Shown here: piece by piece, positions 8,737-16,832 of the stretch
How positions within the stretch are numbered: the stretch's first letter is position 1
Layout of the letters: each line of letters begins with the position of its first letter
Assembly: GCF_018398935.1 (NCBI RefSeq)
Contig: NZ_CP074694.1
Coordinates: 4,290,001 to 4,322,000, forward strand
Origin: Telmatocola sphagniphila
Lineage (GTDB): Bacteria; Planctomycetota; Planctomycetia; Gemmatales; Gemmataceae
Direction of reading: 5' to 3'
Length of the DNA stretch: 32,000 bases
Notes under the pieces: generated by a model
Told to the model about the DNA's origin: nothing
Database searches by the model: none
Seen by the model: the letters and a program-made list of their open reading frames with translations, nothing else
Program-made: the position numbers and the translations under genes

Positions 8737-9066
8737 ATGATCTATGCATTTGCATTGCCCATAACGGAATCGAAAGAAGAAACAGCCGTCAAGCTGTTGC
8801 CGCCCTACCACGTCATTCTCGAAAACGACGACGATCATACGATGGATTTCGTCATCTTCGTTCTGCGCGAAGTCTTTAAATACGACCAGCCTAAAGCCTA
8901 TTCCCTCATGCTGGAAGCCCATGAAAAGGGCCAGGCCATCGTCTGGACGGGCGCCAAGGAAGTGGCCGAGTTAAAGCTGGAACAAATTCAAACCTTTCAC
9001 GAAAAGCATCCCGTCACTGGAAAAAATCTTGGCTCGCTGGGTAGCCGGATTGAGCCCGCGGCCTAG
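8737..9066 (+). CDS. clpS: ATP-dependent Clp protease adaptor ClpS
   Basis: 109-aa ORF. The core PPYHVILENDDDHTMDFVIFVLREVF...AYSLMLEAHEKGQAIVWTG matches the conserved ClpS fold sequence, including the N-degron pocket region. Confidence 0.9.
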   Translation: MIYAFALPITESKEETAVKLLPPYHVILENDDDHTMDFVIFVLREVFKYDQPKAYSLMLEAHEKGQAIVWTGAKEVAELKLEQIQTFHEKHPVTGKNLGSLGSRIEPAA

Positions 9067-9109
9067 TTCTTTCTGAACAGGTTTTTATTCCTTCCCTGAA
9101 GGCATTCCG

Positions 9110-9934
9110 ATGGCACTCAAGATTGGTGTTTGCAGCTGGTCGCTTCAAGTTCATTCCATTCCCGAACTCAAAGGATTCCTGGATAGACTGGGAATCGAAC
9201 TGGTTCAAATCGCCTGCGGCGATCCCCATCACGCCGCCTGGGATGAAGGAGAGACTATGCCCGCCGCGGCCCTTAAAGCCGGTTTTAAGATGGGCGGTGC
9301 CATGCTCGGCTTTCCCGGCGAAGACTACACCACGCCTCAGCACATTCAGCAAACGGGCGGATTCGGTGATCCGAAAGATCGGCCGGAACGACTCGAAAGA
9401 TTAAAATGGGCCTGTCAGAGGACCTGCGAGCTTGGTCTGACCGATCTGATGCTTCATGCGGGTTTTATTCCCGAAATGGGCGATCCTGCTCGGAAATCGT
9501 TCCTGGAGACACTTGGTCAGGCCAGCCAGATAGCCGCCGAGCGGGGTTTGACACTCGCCTTCGAGACTGGCCAGGAGACTTCGACCTTGTTACGGGCTAC
9601 GCTGGATGAACTCCAGTGTCCGAACCTGAAAGTGAATTTCGATCCCGCCAACATGCTGCTTTACGATAAGGACGATCCGATTCGCGCTGTCGAATTACTG
9701 GCTCCCGATATCCGAACGGTACATGTGAAAGATGCCAATCGACCGACGGTGAAAGGAACTTGGGGCGAAGAAGTTCCCCTGGGTAAGGGTCAGGTGAACA
9801 TCAAACTCTTCCTGCAGACTCTCCAAAAGGTAGGCTATCAGGGGTCGTTGTTTATAGAGCGGGAAGTCGGGAATCAACAACAGCGTTTTGAGGATATCGC
9901 CCATGGGGTGAAGTTCATTAAGGATAGCCTCTAA
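9110..9934 (+). CDS. sugar phosphate isomerase/epimerase (xylose isomerase-like TIM barrel family)
   Basis: 274-aa ORF starting MALKIGVCSWSL. It contains LKVNFDPANMLLYD and the GYQGSLFIEREV tail. It is a paralogous family to the gene at 1168-1947. Confidence 0.8.
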   Translation: MALKIGVCSWSLQVHSIPELKGFLDRLGIELVQIACGDPHHAAWDEGETMPAAALKAGFKMGGAMLGFPGEDYTTPQHIQQTGGFGDPKDRPERLERLKWACQRTCELGLTDLMLHAGFIPEMGDPARKSFLETLGQASQIAAERGLTLAFETGQETSTLLRATLDELQCPNLKVNFDPANMLLYDKDDPIRAVELLAPDIRTVHVKDANRPTVKGTWGEEVPLGKGQVNIKLFLQTLQKVGYQGSLFIEREVGNQQQRFEDIAHGVKFIKDSL

Positions 9935-9977
9935 ATGCCTCCTCAGAGGCCCGTTATTACGGGCTTCCTACTCGGCC

Positions 9978-11627
9978 TTACTTCTGAAATACCACTTTGC
10001 CACCCACAATCGTTTTCAATACTCGCGTTTCACCGATAGTACTAGCTTCCTTAGGATCGAGGATATCCTTGGAAAGTACGATCAGGTCGGCCAGCTTACC
10101 TGGTTCGATACTCCCTTTGCTCTTTTCCTGATGAGCTGCGAAAGCCGAACCGCGAGTGTAGGCATCCAGAGCAGCGCGGGCCCCTATTTTCTGTTCGGGA
10201 ATCCAGCCATCGGGATACTTGCCATCCAGCGTCCGCCGATTGACGGCGGAATCGATACCGGTAATCGGATCGAGCGGTGCCACTGGCCAGTCGCTCCCAA
10301 AAGCTAATACCGCTCCGGTCTCCAGTAGCGTTTTGAATGCATAAGTCGTTTGACATCGTTTGGCACCTATCCGCCCTTCGGCCCAACGGCCATCATCCGA
10401 ACAGTGGTACGGCTGCATCGAGGCGACAATTCCCGATTTTCCGAATCGCCGAATATCCTCGGCCCGCAAATGCTGAGCATGCTCGATTCGAAAACGGGCA
10501 TCGGGATAGCCGCCTTCGCGTGTGACCTGCTCGTACATCGACAGAAGTTCTGCATTCGCCTGATCGCCAATGGCATGCACGGCTACCGACAGTTTCGCCT
10601 GAGCCGCGCTTCGAATCAATTTTTGCATCGTATCGCGGGGCGTGACAAAGACGCCGGTCGTGTTCGGATTGATAACGTAGGGATCGAACATCTTGGCCGT
10701 ACTGCTGCCCAGCGAGCCATCCATGAAACCTTTCACTCCCCCGATCCGAATGTAGTCATTACCAAACTCAGCCTGCACACCGATCCGCGAAATTTCCTCC
10801 TGGGCGGCAATCGGCCAGCGCATATCCACCCGGCAGGTCAACTCGCCCTTCTTCGCGAGTTGCTGGTAAATCCGCAGGAGTTTCTGGCGGGTCCTGGCAT
10901 CGCTTCCATCCATATCCTGCACGCTGGTGACACCAAATTTCCGGGCTTCTTCCAGGGCCGATTTCACCGATTCCAAGATCTCCTCATCACTCATCTGTGG
11001 AATCAGATGCTCGACCAGTCCCATGGCATTATCCTTAAGTATCCCCGTCGGATTTCCCTGCGCGTCCCGTTCGATCACTCCGCCGGTAGGATCTTTCGTA
11101 GCGGCGGTAATCCCCGCCAACTTCAAAGTCGCAGTATTTACAACAGCCATGTGGCCGTCGTAGCGACTGAGAAACAGGGGGCGATCTTTCACGAATTGAT
11201 CGAAAAACGCCGCCGTGGGCAGCTTACCTTGGAATGCCCGATCGTGGTCCCAGTTGCCTCCCAGAAGCCAGCGGTCACGCGGCAATTTCTGGTCGAAGTG
11301 TTTCAAGAGTTTGCCGACCGAGGCCTCATCGGGACAATCCTTCAGGTAAATCTGATTAAGAAGTCGACCACCACCCATGAAGTGCGTGTGTGAATCGTAG
11401 AAGCCCGGCACCACTCGTTTTCCTTGCAGATCGATCACTTGCGTTTTCGAACCCACCAGAGATTTGATCTCCTCGTTGGTACCCACCGCCAAGATGCGAT
11501 CTTTCCAGATGGCCAGCGCCTGTGCATCCTGCCAAGGTGTGGCAATTTTCCCGTTAAGAAGGACTGTTTCGGCGGGAACGATCGGTTCCAGACCGTAAAG
11601 CAGGAATGAAATGGCAAATGCAAGCAT
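9978..11627 (-). CDS. metal-dependent amidohydrolase (Amidohydro_3 / YtcJ-like), probably exported
   Basis: 549-aa ORF with a hydrophobic N-terminus MLAFAISFLLYGL. It has the HxH metal motif in PGFYDSHTHFMGGG, the later HAIGD and RIEHAQH, and the C-terminal GSIEPGKLADLIVL typical of this family. The antisense ORF 10350-11393 is a codon-aligned shadow. Confidence 0.85.
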   Translation of the reverse strand: MLAFAISFLLYGLEPIVPAETVLLNGKIATPWQDAQALAIWKDRILAVGTNEEIKSLVGSKTQVIDLQGKRVVPGFYDSHTHFMGGGRLLNQIYLKDCPDEASVGKLLKHFDQKLPRDRWLLGGNWDHDRAFQGKLPTAAFFDQFVKDRPLFLSRYDGHMAVVNTATLKLAGITAATKDPTGGVIERDAQGNPTGILKDNAMGLVEHLIPQMSDEEILESVKSALEEARKFGVTSVQDMDGSDARTRQKLLRIYQQLAKKGELTCRVDMRWPIAAQEEISRIGVQAEFGNDYIRIGGVKGFMDGSLGSSTAKMFDPYVINPNTTGVFVTPRDTMQKLIRSAAQAKLSVAVHAIGDQANAELLSMYEQVTREGGYPDARFRIEHAQHLRAEDIRRFGKSGIVASMQPYHCSDDGRWAEGRIGAKRCQTTYAFKTLLETGAVLAFGSDWPVAPLDPITGIDSAVNRRTLDGKYPDGWIPEQKIGARAALDAYTRGSAFAAHQEKSKGSIEPGKLADLIVLSKDILDPKEASTIGETRVLKTIVGGKVVFQK

Positions 11628-11768
11628 CTCGAAAGTCTCCGAAATCCCGGTGGTTTTCGCATGCGCAGTTTTGATCGCGTATGAGAGTCACCGGACATTG
11701 CGAATAATCTATTCCAAATCGTGCCGGGAGCGCTATATACTGTCCTTTCCGAGACGAAGGACTCTCCC

Positions 11769-12335
11769 ATGCGAACCTGGCTTGGCAACGTCAATAAAGC
11801 CATCAAAACGATCTCCAGCGGCATGTACGTGACGCTGGAGACGATGGTCCAGACATTTCGTAGGCAAGCCTTCACTCAACATTTCGAATACCCGGAAAAA
11901 CCGGTTCCGATTCGGCCCCGCTATCGAGGCTTTCACCGCTTCGATCTCACCACCTGCATCGGCTGTGAAAAGTGCGCCAAGGCCTGCCCGGTCGATTGCA
12001 TCTACATCGACAAAGCAAAAAATACGCAGGGTAAAGGCTTCGTCGTCAACGGTTTCAAGATCGATTACACCAAGTGCATGTTCTGCGCTTTGTGCGTCGA
12101 TCCCTGTCCCGTCGAATGCATCTTCATGGGGTCGAACTACGACATCAGTTGCTACACCCGCGATAGTTGCATAGTCGATTATGCCAAACTACCGTTGGAT
12201 ATCGCCTGGGGGCAGGATACGCTGAACCCGACGGTCATTCTGGAGTCGAAGAAAATTGCGCTGCCAGTTTGGACTCCGCCGCCCGCGCCGAAAAAAGAAG
12301 AAGCTCCCGCACCCGCGCCGGGGAACCCCGCATGA
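11769..12335 (+). CDS. nuoI: NADH-quinone oxidoreductase subunit I (2x[4Fe-4S] ferredoxin subunit)
   Basis: ATG at 11769 is preceded by GAAGGA. There are two 4Fe-4S motifs: CIGCEKCAKACP and CMFCALCVDPCP. The N-terminal YPEKPVPIRPRYRG is typical of NuoI. It has a Pro/Ala/Lys-rich C-terminal tail. Confidence 0.9.
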   Translation: MRTWLGNVNKAIKTISSGMYVTLETMVQTFRRQAFTQHFEYPEKPVPIRPRYRGFHRFDLTTCIGCEKCAKACPVDCIYIDKAKNTQGKGFVVNGFKIDYTKCMFCALCVDPCPVECIFMGSNYDISCYTRDSCIVDYAKLPLDIAWGQDTLNPTVILESKKIALPVWTPPPAPKKEEAPAPAPGNPA

Positions 12336-12865
12336 CCACGCTGGTTTTATTCATTCTGATCTTTTTGCTGATCGGCTGTGGTTTTCTCTTCGCCAATATG
12401 ATGGTGGGGAAATTGGTACGGCCGAATAAACCGAGCGTGGCCAAGGGGGAGATTTACGAGTGCGGTGAAGAAGCCATTGGTTCCGCATGGGTGCAATTCG
12501 ATTTACGCTTCTATGTTGTGGCCCTGCTCTTCGTGATTTTTGATGTGGAAATGGCCTTCTTTTTTCCCTGGGCCGTTGTGTTCGGGACCAGCAATCGGCT
12601 GCAAAACGAGAACCTGACCACCGAAGCTCGGCTGGAATTGGTTCGAACGCTCGAGCCGATGGCGACAACCGCGCCCGATCCAGCAGTAGCGCATCGGGTC
12701 GCCTGGTTCGCCTTCGCGGAATTAGCCGTGTTTTTTGCAATCCTCTTAATTGGGTTTGCCTATCTCTGGAAGCGCGGCGATCTCGATTGGGTGCGATCGA
12801 CCGCCGCCCAGGAGAAATTTCCTTTGCACCCGAACGACCAGCCAGTCGCCCGACTGTCCGTTTGA
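12332..12865 (+). CDS. nuoA: NADH-quinone oxidoreductase subunit A (elongated)
   Basis: ATG at 12332 overlaps the nuoI stop codon (ATGA). The sequence [18 protein letters not shown]...YECGEE...[29 protein letters not shown] is the conserved NuoA/NdhC core. It is 177 aa because of an insert of about 40 aa before the last TM helix and a C-terminal tail. Confidence 0.85.
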   Translation: MTTLVLFILIFLLIGCGFLFANMMVGKLVRPNKPSVAKGEIYECGEEAIGSAWVQFDLRFYVVALLFVIFDVEMAFFFPWAVVFGTSNRLQNENLTTEARLELVRTLEPMATTAPDPAVAHRVAWFAFAELAVFFAILLIGFAYLWKRGDLDWVRSTAAQEKFPLHPNDQPVARLSV

Positions 12866-12879
12866 AGAAAGCCAAAATT

Positions 12880-13494
12880 ATGGGCATACTTGAAGGACGC
12901 TTCGAAGATACGCTGATTACCACCACGCTGGACCATGCCATGAACTGGGCACGGGCCGGCAGTCTCTGGCCCATGACCTTCGGTCTCGCCTGCTGCGCCA
13001 TCGAGATGATGGCCGCCGGGGCTTCCCGATATGACATGGATCGCTTCGGAGCGGGGGCGTTTCGCGCTACCCCCCGTCAGGCCGATCTGATGATCGTCGC
13101 GGGTACCGTGAATCACAAGATGGCCAGCCGCGTCCGACGTCTTTATAACCAGATGCCCGATCCCAAGTTCGTCATTGCCATGGGGGCCTGCACCTGTGGC
13201 GGCGGCCCGTATTACAAATATGGCTATAACGTGGTGAAAGGAGTCGATTTGGTCGTGCCCGTCGACGTTTATGTGCCAGGTTGCCCTCCCCGACCCGAAG
13301 CACTTCTGGAAGGGCTGATGCGCGTTCAGGATAAGATTGCCGCGATGAAGCCGATCACTAAAGGCGAACTGCCCAGACAGTTGGTGCCCAAGCGAACCGG
13401 CCATGTACTGTTGCCCGATGAATTGAACACGCCGGAAAAAGCTCTGGCTTTTCTGACGGCCAACAAAGAAAAAGCGAAACCCACCAAGGCTTAA
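12880..13494 (+). CDS. nuoB: NADH-quinone oxidoreductase subunit B
   Basis: ATG at 12880. Conserved NuoB segments include [28 protein letters not shown] and [16 protein letters not shown] (the Cys ligands of cluster N2). It has a C-terminal extension of about 50 aa. Confidence 0.9.
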   Translation: MGILEGRFEDTLITTTLDHAMNWARAGSLWPMTFGLACCAIEMMAAGASRYDMDRFGAGAFRATPRQADLMIVAGTVNHKMASRVRRLYNQMPDPKFVIAMGACTCGGGPYYKYGYNVVKGVDLVVPVDVYVPGCPPRPEALLEGLMRVQDKIAAMKPITKGELPRQLVPKRTGHVLLPDELNTPEKALAFLTANKEKAKPTKA

Positions 13495-13496
13495 TT

Positions 13497-14027
13497 ATGA
13501 ACGGCAGCGAAATCCTGGCACTCCTGCAAAGCCTCTTTGGCGATTCCCTGCTTCAGGCTCAGTCGGACGTTCTGGATCCGTTCGTGCAGGTCCAGCCAGA
13601 GCAGTTAGTTCGCCTGATGCAGTTTTTGCGGTACGAACCGCAATTGAAATTCGAAATGTTGAATGACATCACCGGGACCGACTGGTTGGAAACCGATGCG
13701 AAGAAATTGGCCAAGGCCGGTTTTGAACCCCATCTGGAAGTGCTCTATCATCTCAGCAGTTTTTCGAAGCTGCATCGATTGTGTGTGAAAGTCGTTTTGC
13801 CCCGCTGGAAAGACAATAAGCCCGGGCTGCTCCCGGAGTTGCCAACTCTGGCGCACCTCTGGAAAACGGCCGATTGGCAGGAACGAGAAGTCTACGATCT
13901 GCTCGGCGTGCAATTCATCGGACATCCCGATCTCCGCCGCTTGCTCCTCAGCGACGACTGGGAAGGCCACCCGCTCCGCAAGGACTATGAGTTCCCTCTG
14001 GAGTATCAGGGAATTCGCTGTCGTTAA
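13497..14027 (+). CDS. nuoC: NADH-quinone oxidoreductase subunit C
   Basis: The start lies 2 nt after the nuoB stop codon. The 176-aa product has the ...WKTADWQEREVYDLLGVQFIGHPDLRRLL... signature of NuoC/NdhJ. Confidence 0.9.
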   Translation: MNGSEILALLQSLFGDSLLQAQSDVLDPFVQVQPEQLVRLMQFLRYEPQLKFEMLNDITGTDWLETDAKKLAKAGFEPHLEVLYHLSSFSKLHRLCVKVVLPRWKDNKPGLLPELPTLAHLWKTADWQEREVYDLLGVQFIGHPDLRRLLLSDDWEGHPLRKDYEFPLEYQGIRCR

Positions 14028-14190
14028 TCCTCTGCTTAAACTTAGTTCATTTTTCGCAATAAATCGATTCGCCCTCGTTATTTTCCCACCCCAAAGTTGG
14101 CGAAGTTTCGATTTCCCCATCCATTTTTTCACTCCGGGATGGACCTCTTGAGATACGATTTAGTTACGAGTGTTTCAGAGGTAATAAATT

Positions 14191-15078
14191 GTGGCTATGG
14201 ATCGAACGTTCGAAACGACATTATCGAACAAATTGCCTCATTCGACGCTGGCGGATGCTTGCCTCGTGCATATCTATCCGACGGGGCCGGCCATGGGTCG
14301 CAGGTATGTGCTCCGTGATAAACCGCTGATCATCGGTCGAGGCGAAGACTGCGATATTTCCATTCAGGAAAGCTCCGTCTCCCGACGGCATGCCCGGATT
14401 GAACCTGTCGGTGAAGTTTTCTACGTCCTGGATCTGCAAAGCACTAACGGCACATTTATTAACGACAAACAACTGACAGAAAGCCATATCCTTCACGACG
14501 GCGATTATCTTCGAGTTGGCAACTGCATTTACCGCTTCCTGGTCGGTGGCAACATCGAATCGGAATACCACGAAGAGATCTACAGACTGACGATTATCGA
14601 CGCCCTGACCCAGACGCACAACGTCCGCTACCTGAGTGATTTTCTCGATCGTGAAGTGATGCGCTCCAACCGGCATAAACGGCCGCTCTGCGTGGCAATG
14701 ATCGATATCGATCTCTTCCGACAGGTCAACGAAGATGCCGGCCATCTCGGCGGGGATTTCTGCCTTCGAGAATTGTCCCATCGCATTAAAAGACTGATCC
14801 GCCGGGAAGATCTGTTTGCCCGCTATGGGGGAGAAGAATTTGTTTTAGTTCTGGTCGAGACGAAAATGAAGCAGGCTTATGAAGCCGCCGACCGACTCCG
14901 GCAGATGATCGCCGAACAGCCCTTCAAATTCGAAGATAAGAAAATCAATTTAACGGTTAGTATTGGAATCTCCGAATGCCTGTTGGATGGCACGGATACC
15001 GCCCGGGAGATACTGAAACGGGCCGATGCAAATCTCTATAAAGCGAAACGGGACGGTCGAAATCGCGTGATCGGTTAA
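14191..15078 (+). CDS. FHA domain-containing diguanylate cyclase (FHA-GGDEF)
   Basis: The N-terminal FHA domain has all pThr-binding signatures: IIGRGEDCD, SRRHARI, STNGTF. The C-terminal GGDEF domain has DALTQTHN, DIDLFRQVNEDAGHLGGD, the active-site GGEEF, and an RxxD I-site (RRED) exactly 5 residues upstream of GGEEF. Confidence 0.9.
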   Translation: MAMDRTFETTLSNKLPHSTLADACLVHIYPTGPAMGRRYVLRDKPLIIGRGEDCDISIQESSVSRRHARIEPVGEVFYVLDLQSTNGTFINDKQLTESHILHDGDYLRVGNCIYRFLVGGNIESEYHEEIYRLTIIDALTQTHNVRYLSDFLDREVMRSNRHKRPLCVAMIDIDLFRQVNEDAGHLGGDFCLRELSHRIKRLIRREDLFARYGGEEFVLVLVETKMKQAYEAADRLRQMIAEQPFKFEDKKINLTVSIGISECLLDGTDTAREILKRADANLYKAKRDGRNRVIG

Positions 15079-15120
15079 AAAAGTCCCCTGCAATGATCCA
15101 GAAATGGTCATCGCAGGGGA
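15077..15120. terminator. hairpin terminator shared by the convergent FHA-GGDEF and S1 genes
   Basis: TCCCCTGCAATGA (15084-15096) pairs with TCATCGCAGGGGA (15108-15120), giving 13 positions with one mismatch. On the minus strand the hairpin is followed immediately by a T6 run (A6 at 15077-15082 on +), so it is a canonical intrinsic terminator for the S1 gene. The T-tract overlaps the TAA of the GGDEF gene. Confidence 0.6.
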
Positions 15121-15137
15121 ATTAGAATTTCCTCTGG

Positions 15138-16586
15138 CTATTTGTACTTCTGAGCCAGTTTCTCCAACAATTCCTTACCGCTATCGCTCAGTCCCCCCTT
15201 GAGGTTGGCCGGTCGAACGCGATTCTTCTGCGCCTCGGCATGAGCCTTGGCATCGGCCACCGCCGCTTCCTGCTCGGAACGAGACGCGGCATCGGCAATC
15301 GCCTTCAAAGACAAGCCGATGCGGGATGTCTCGCGGTCCATGTTCACGACCTGAACTTCCACTTCCTGGCCTTCGGTCACCACATCTCGCACCCGGCGAA
15401 CGCGATTATTGCCCAGTTCTGATACGTGAATCAAGCCTTCGATACCGGGAGCTAGTTCGACGAATGCACCATATTCCGCGATACGGGTCACCTTACCAAT
15501 CACCCGACTACCGATGCGAACGGTTTCCGAAATTTTGTCGAAGGGATTCGAAGTCAACTGACGGAGGCTCAATCCGATCTTGCGAGCCTCCCGATCCACC
15601 TTCATCACCTTGACTTGGACCTTCTGGCCCGGTTGCAATACCGACTCCGCATTTTCCACGCGACCCCAGGAGAGTTCCCCCATGGGAATCAGGCCATCGG
15701 CGCCGCCTAGATCGACGAAAGCTCCGAAGGGCTTGATGCCTTTGACCATGCCTTCTTTGATCTGGCCTTCTTCAATTTCAATCCAAAATTGTTCCTGCAA
15801 TCGTTTCCGCTCGGCTTCCAGCAGCATCCGTCGGCTGACGACCAGATTTCGCTCGGCCGGATTCACTTCGGCAATCATGCAAGTGATACGCTGGTTGATA
15901 AAACTTTCGGGATTGGCCACGTGAAATGCGTCGATCTGGCTGACGGGCAAGAAGCCCCGGATGCCATTAACTTCAACGCTCAAACCGCCTCGGTTGCTGG
16001 CGGTCACACGAGCTTCGACGATTTTGCCAATTTGCAGGCCTGACCAATCCTGAATGACCTGGGCGGCGCCGGGCTTAGCAAGCTTCAAGAGTCCGTTGGC
16101 GCCATCAAACCCTTCAATGGCGATTTCCACCACATCACCCACTTTCGGCGGATTATCGCCGAACTGGAGGATGGAGATAATGCCCTGGGCTCGCCCACCC
16201 GGAACTTCCACGAAAACATCCTGACCCCGAATGCTCAGAACCGTTCCCCGTTTCTTGCCATCGCCGGCGGGTGCCGCTTTGACGGCCTTCTCGTCGACCG
16301 TTCCCAGTTCTTTTTCGGCCGAGAAGCCGCTCATCACCGATTTGAGTTCATCCTCGATTTCTTTGTCGAGTTCATACAGTTTCGGGATCGCGGAATAAGG
16401 CTCTTCCATTCGCATAGTGAGCGTTTTAGGCGGCTTGGGTGCCCGATTTTTGCCCTTATCGGGCCCTCGGCGCTCATCGCGGGGCCCTTTACCCGGGGCG
16501 TCCGTCGGCTTGGCGGGAGTAGCCGCGACAGCCTCCGGAGGGGTTGCCGGAGTATCGGTGTTCAAAGGAGTTTCGTTAGGATTCAT
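15138..16586 (-). CDS. rpsA: S1 RNA-binding domain protein (ribosomal protein S1-like, four S1 domains)
   Basis: 482-aa ORF with four consecutive S1/OB repeats. Examples are GMVKGIKPFGAFVDLGGADGLIPMGELSW and GKVTRIAEYGAFVELAPGIEGLIHVSEL. They are preceded by a Pro/Thr/Lys/Arg-rich N-terminal region of about 110 aa. An alternative start at MRMEEPYS is possible. Confidence 0.8.
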   Translation of the reverse strand: MNPNETPLNTDTPATPPEAVAATPAKPTDAPGKGPRDERRGPDKGKNRAPKPPKTLTMRMEEPYSAIPKLYELDKEIEDELKSVMSGFSAEKELGTVDEKAVKAAPAGDGKKRGTVLSIRGQDVFVEVPGGRAQGIISILQFGDNPPKVGDVVEIAIEGFDGANGLLKLAKPGAAQVIQDWSGLQIGKIVEARVTASNRGGLSVEVNGIRGFLPVSQIDAFHVANPESFINQRITCMIAEVNPAERNLVVSRRMLLEAERKRLQEQFWIEIEEGQIKEGMVKGIKPFGAFVDLGGADGLIPMGELSWGRVENAESVLQPGQKVQVKVMKVDREARKIGLSLRQLTSNPFDKISETVRIGSRVIGKVTRIAEYGAFVELAPGIEGLIHVSELGNNRVRRVRDVVTEGQEVEVQVVNMDRETSRIGLSLKAIADAASRSEQEAAVADAKAHAEAQKNRVRPANLKGGLSDSGKELLEKLAQKYK

Positions 16587-16832
16587 CGATCAATTCCTGA
16601 ATTGGGCGGCTGGTAATTCTATGCAGGCTCTAGCGAATGTCAGCGCTAACCCCGCATCAGAAGCCGTTAATCGGAACATTTTTTGATGTTGGACTCCTTG
16701 CACTTTTCCAAAGTTCGAAAAACTGTTGGAGGACTGGTTCATTTGGGTTAAATTAAACAACGCATAAAAAATCCTGACTTATCCGCTCGAATCCTGGTCT
16801 GACTGCCGAAGAATTCCGCTCGAGGTAGAGTT

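Noticed and set aside
8737-9066. clpS is not followed by clpA.
   Set aside because: Many phyla lack ClpA, use ClpS with ClpC, or encode the unfoldase elsewhere. Absence within one window is not informative.
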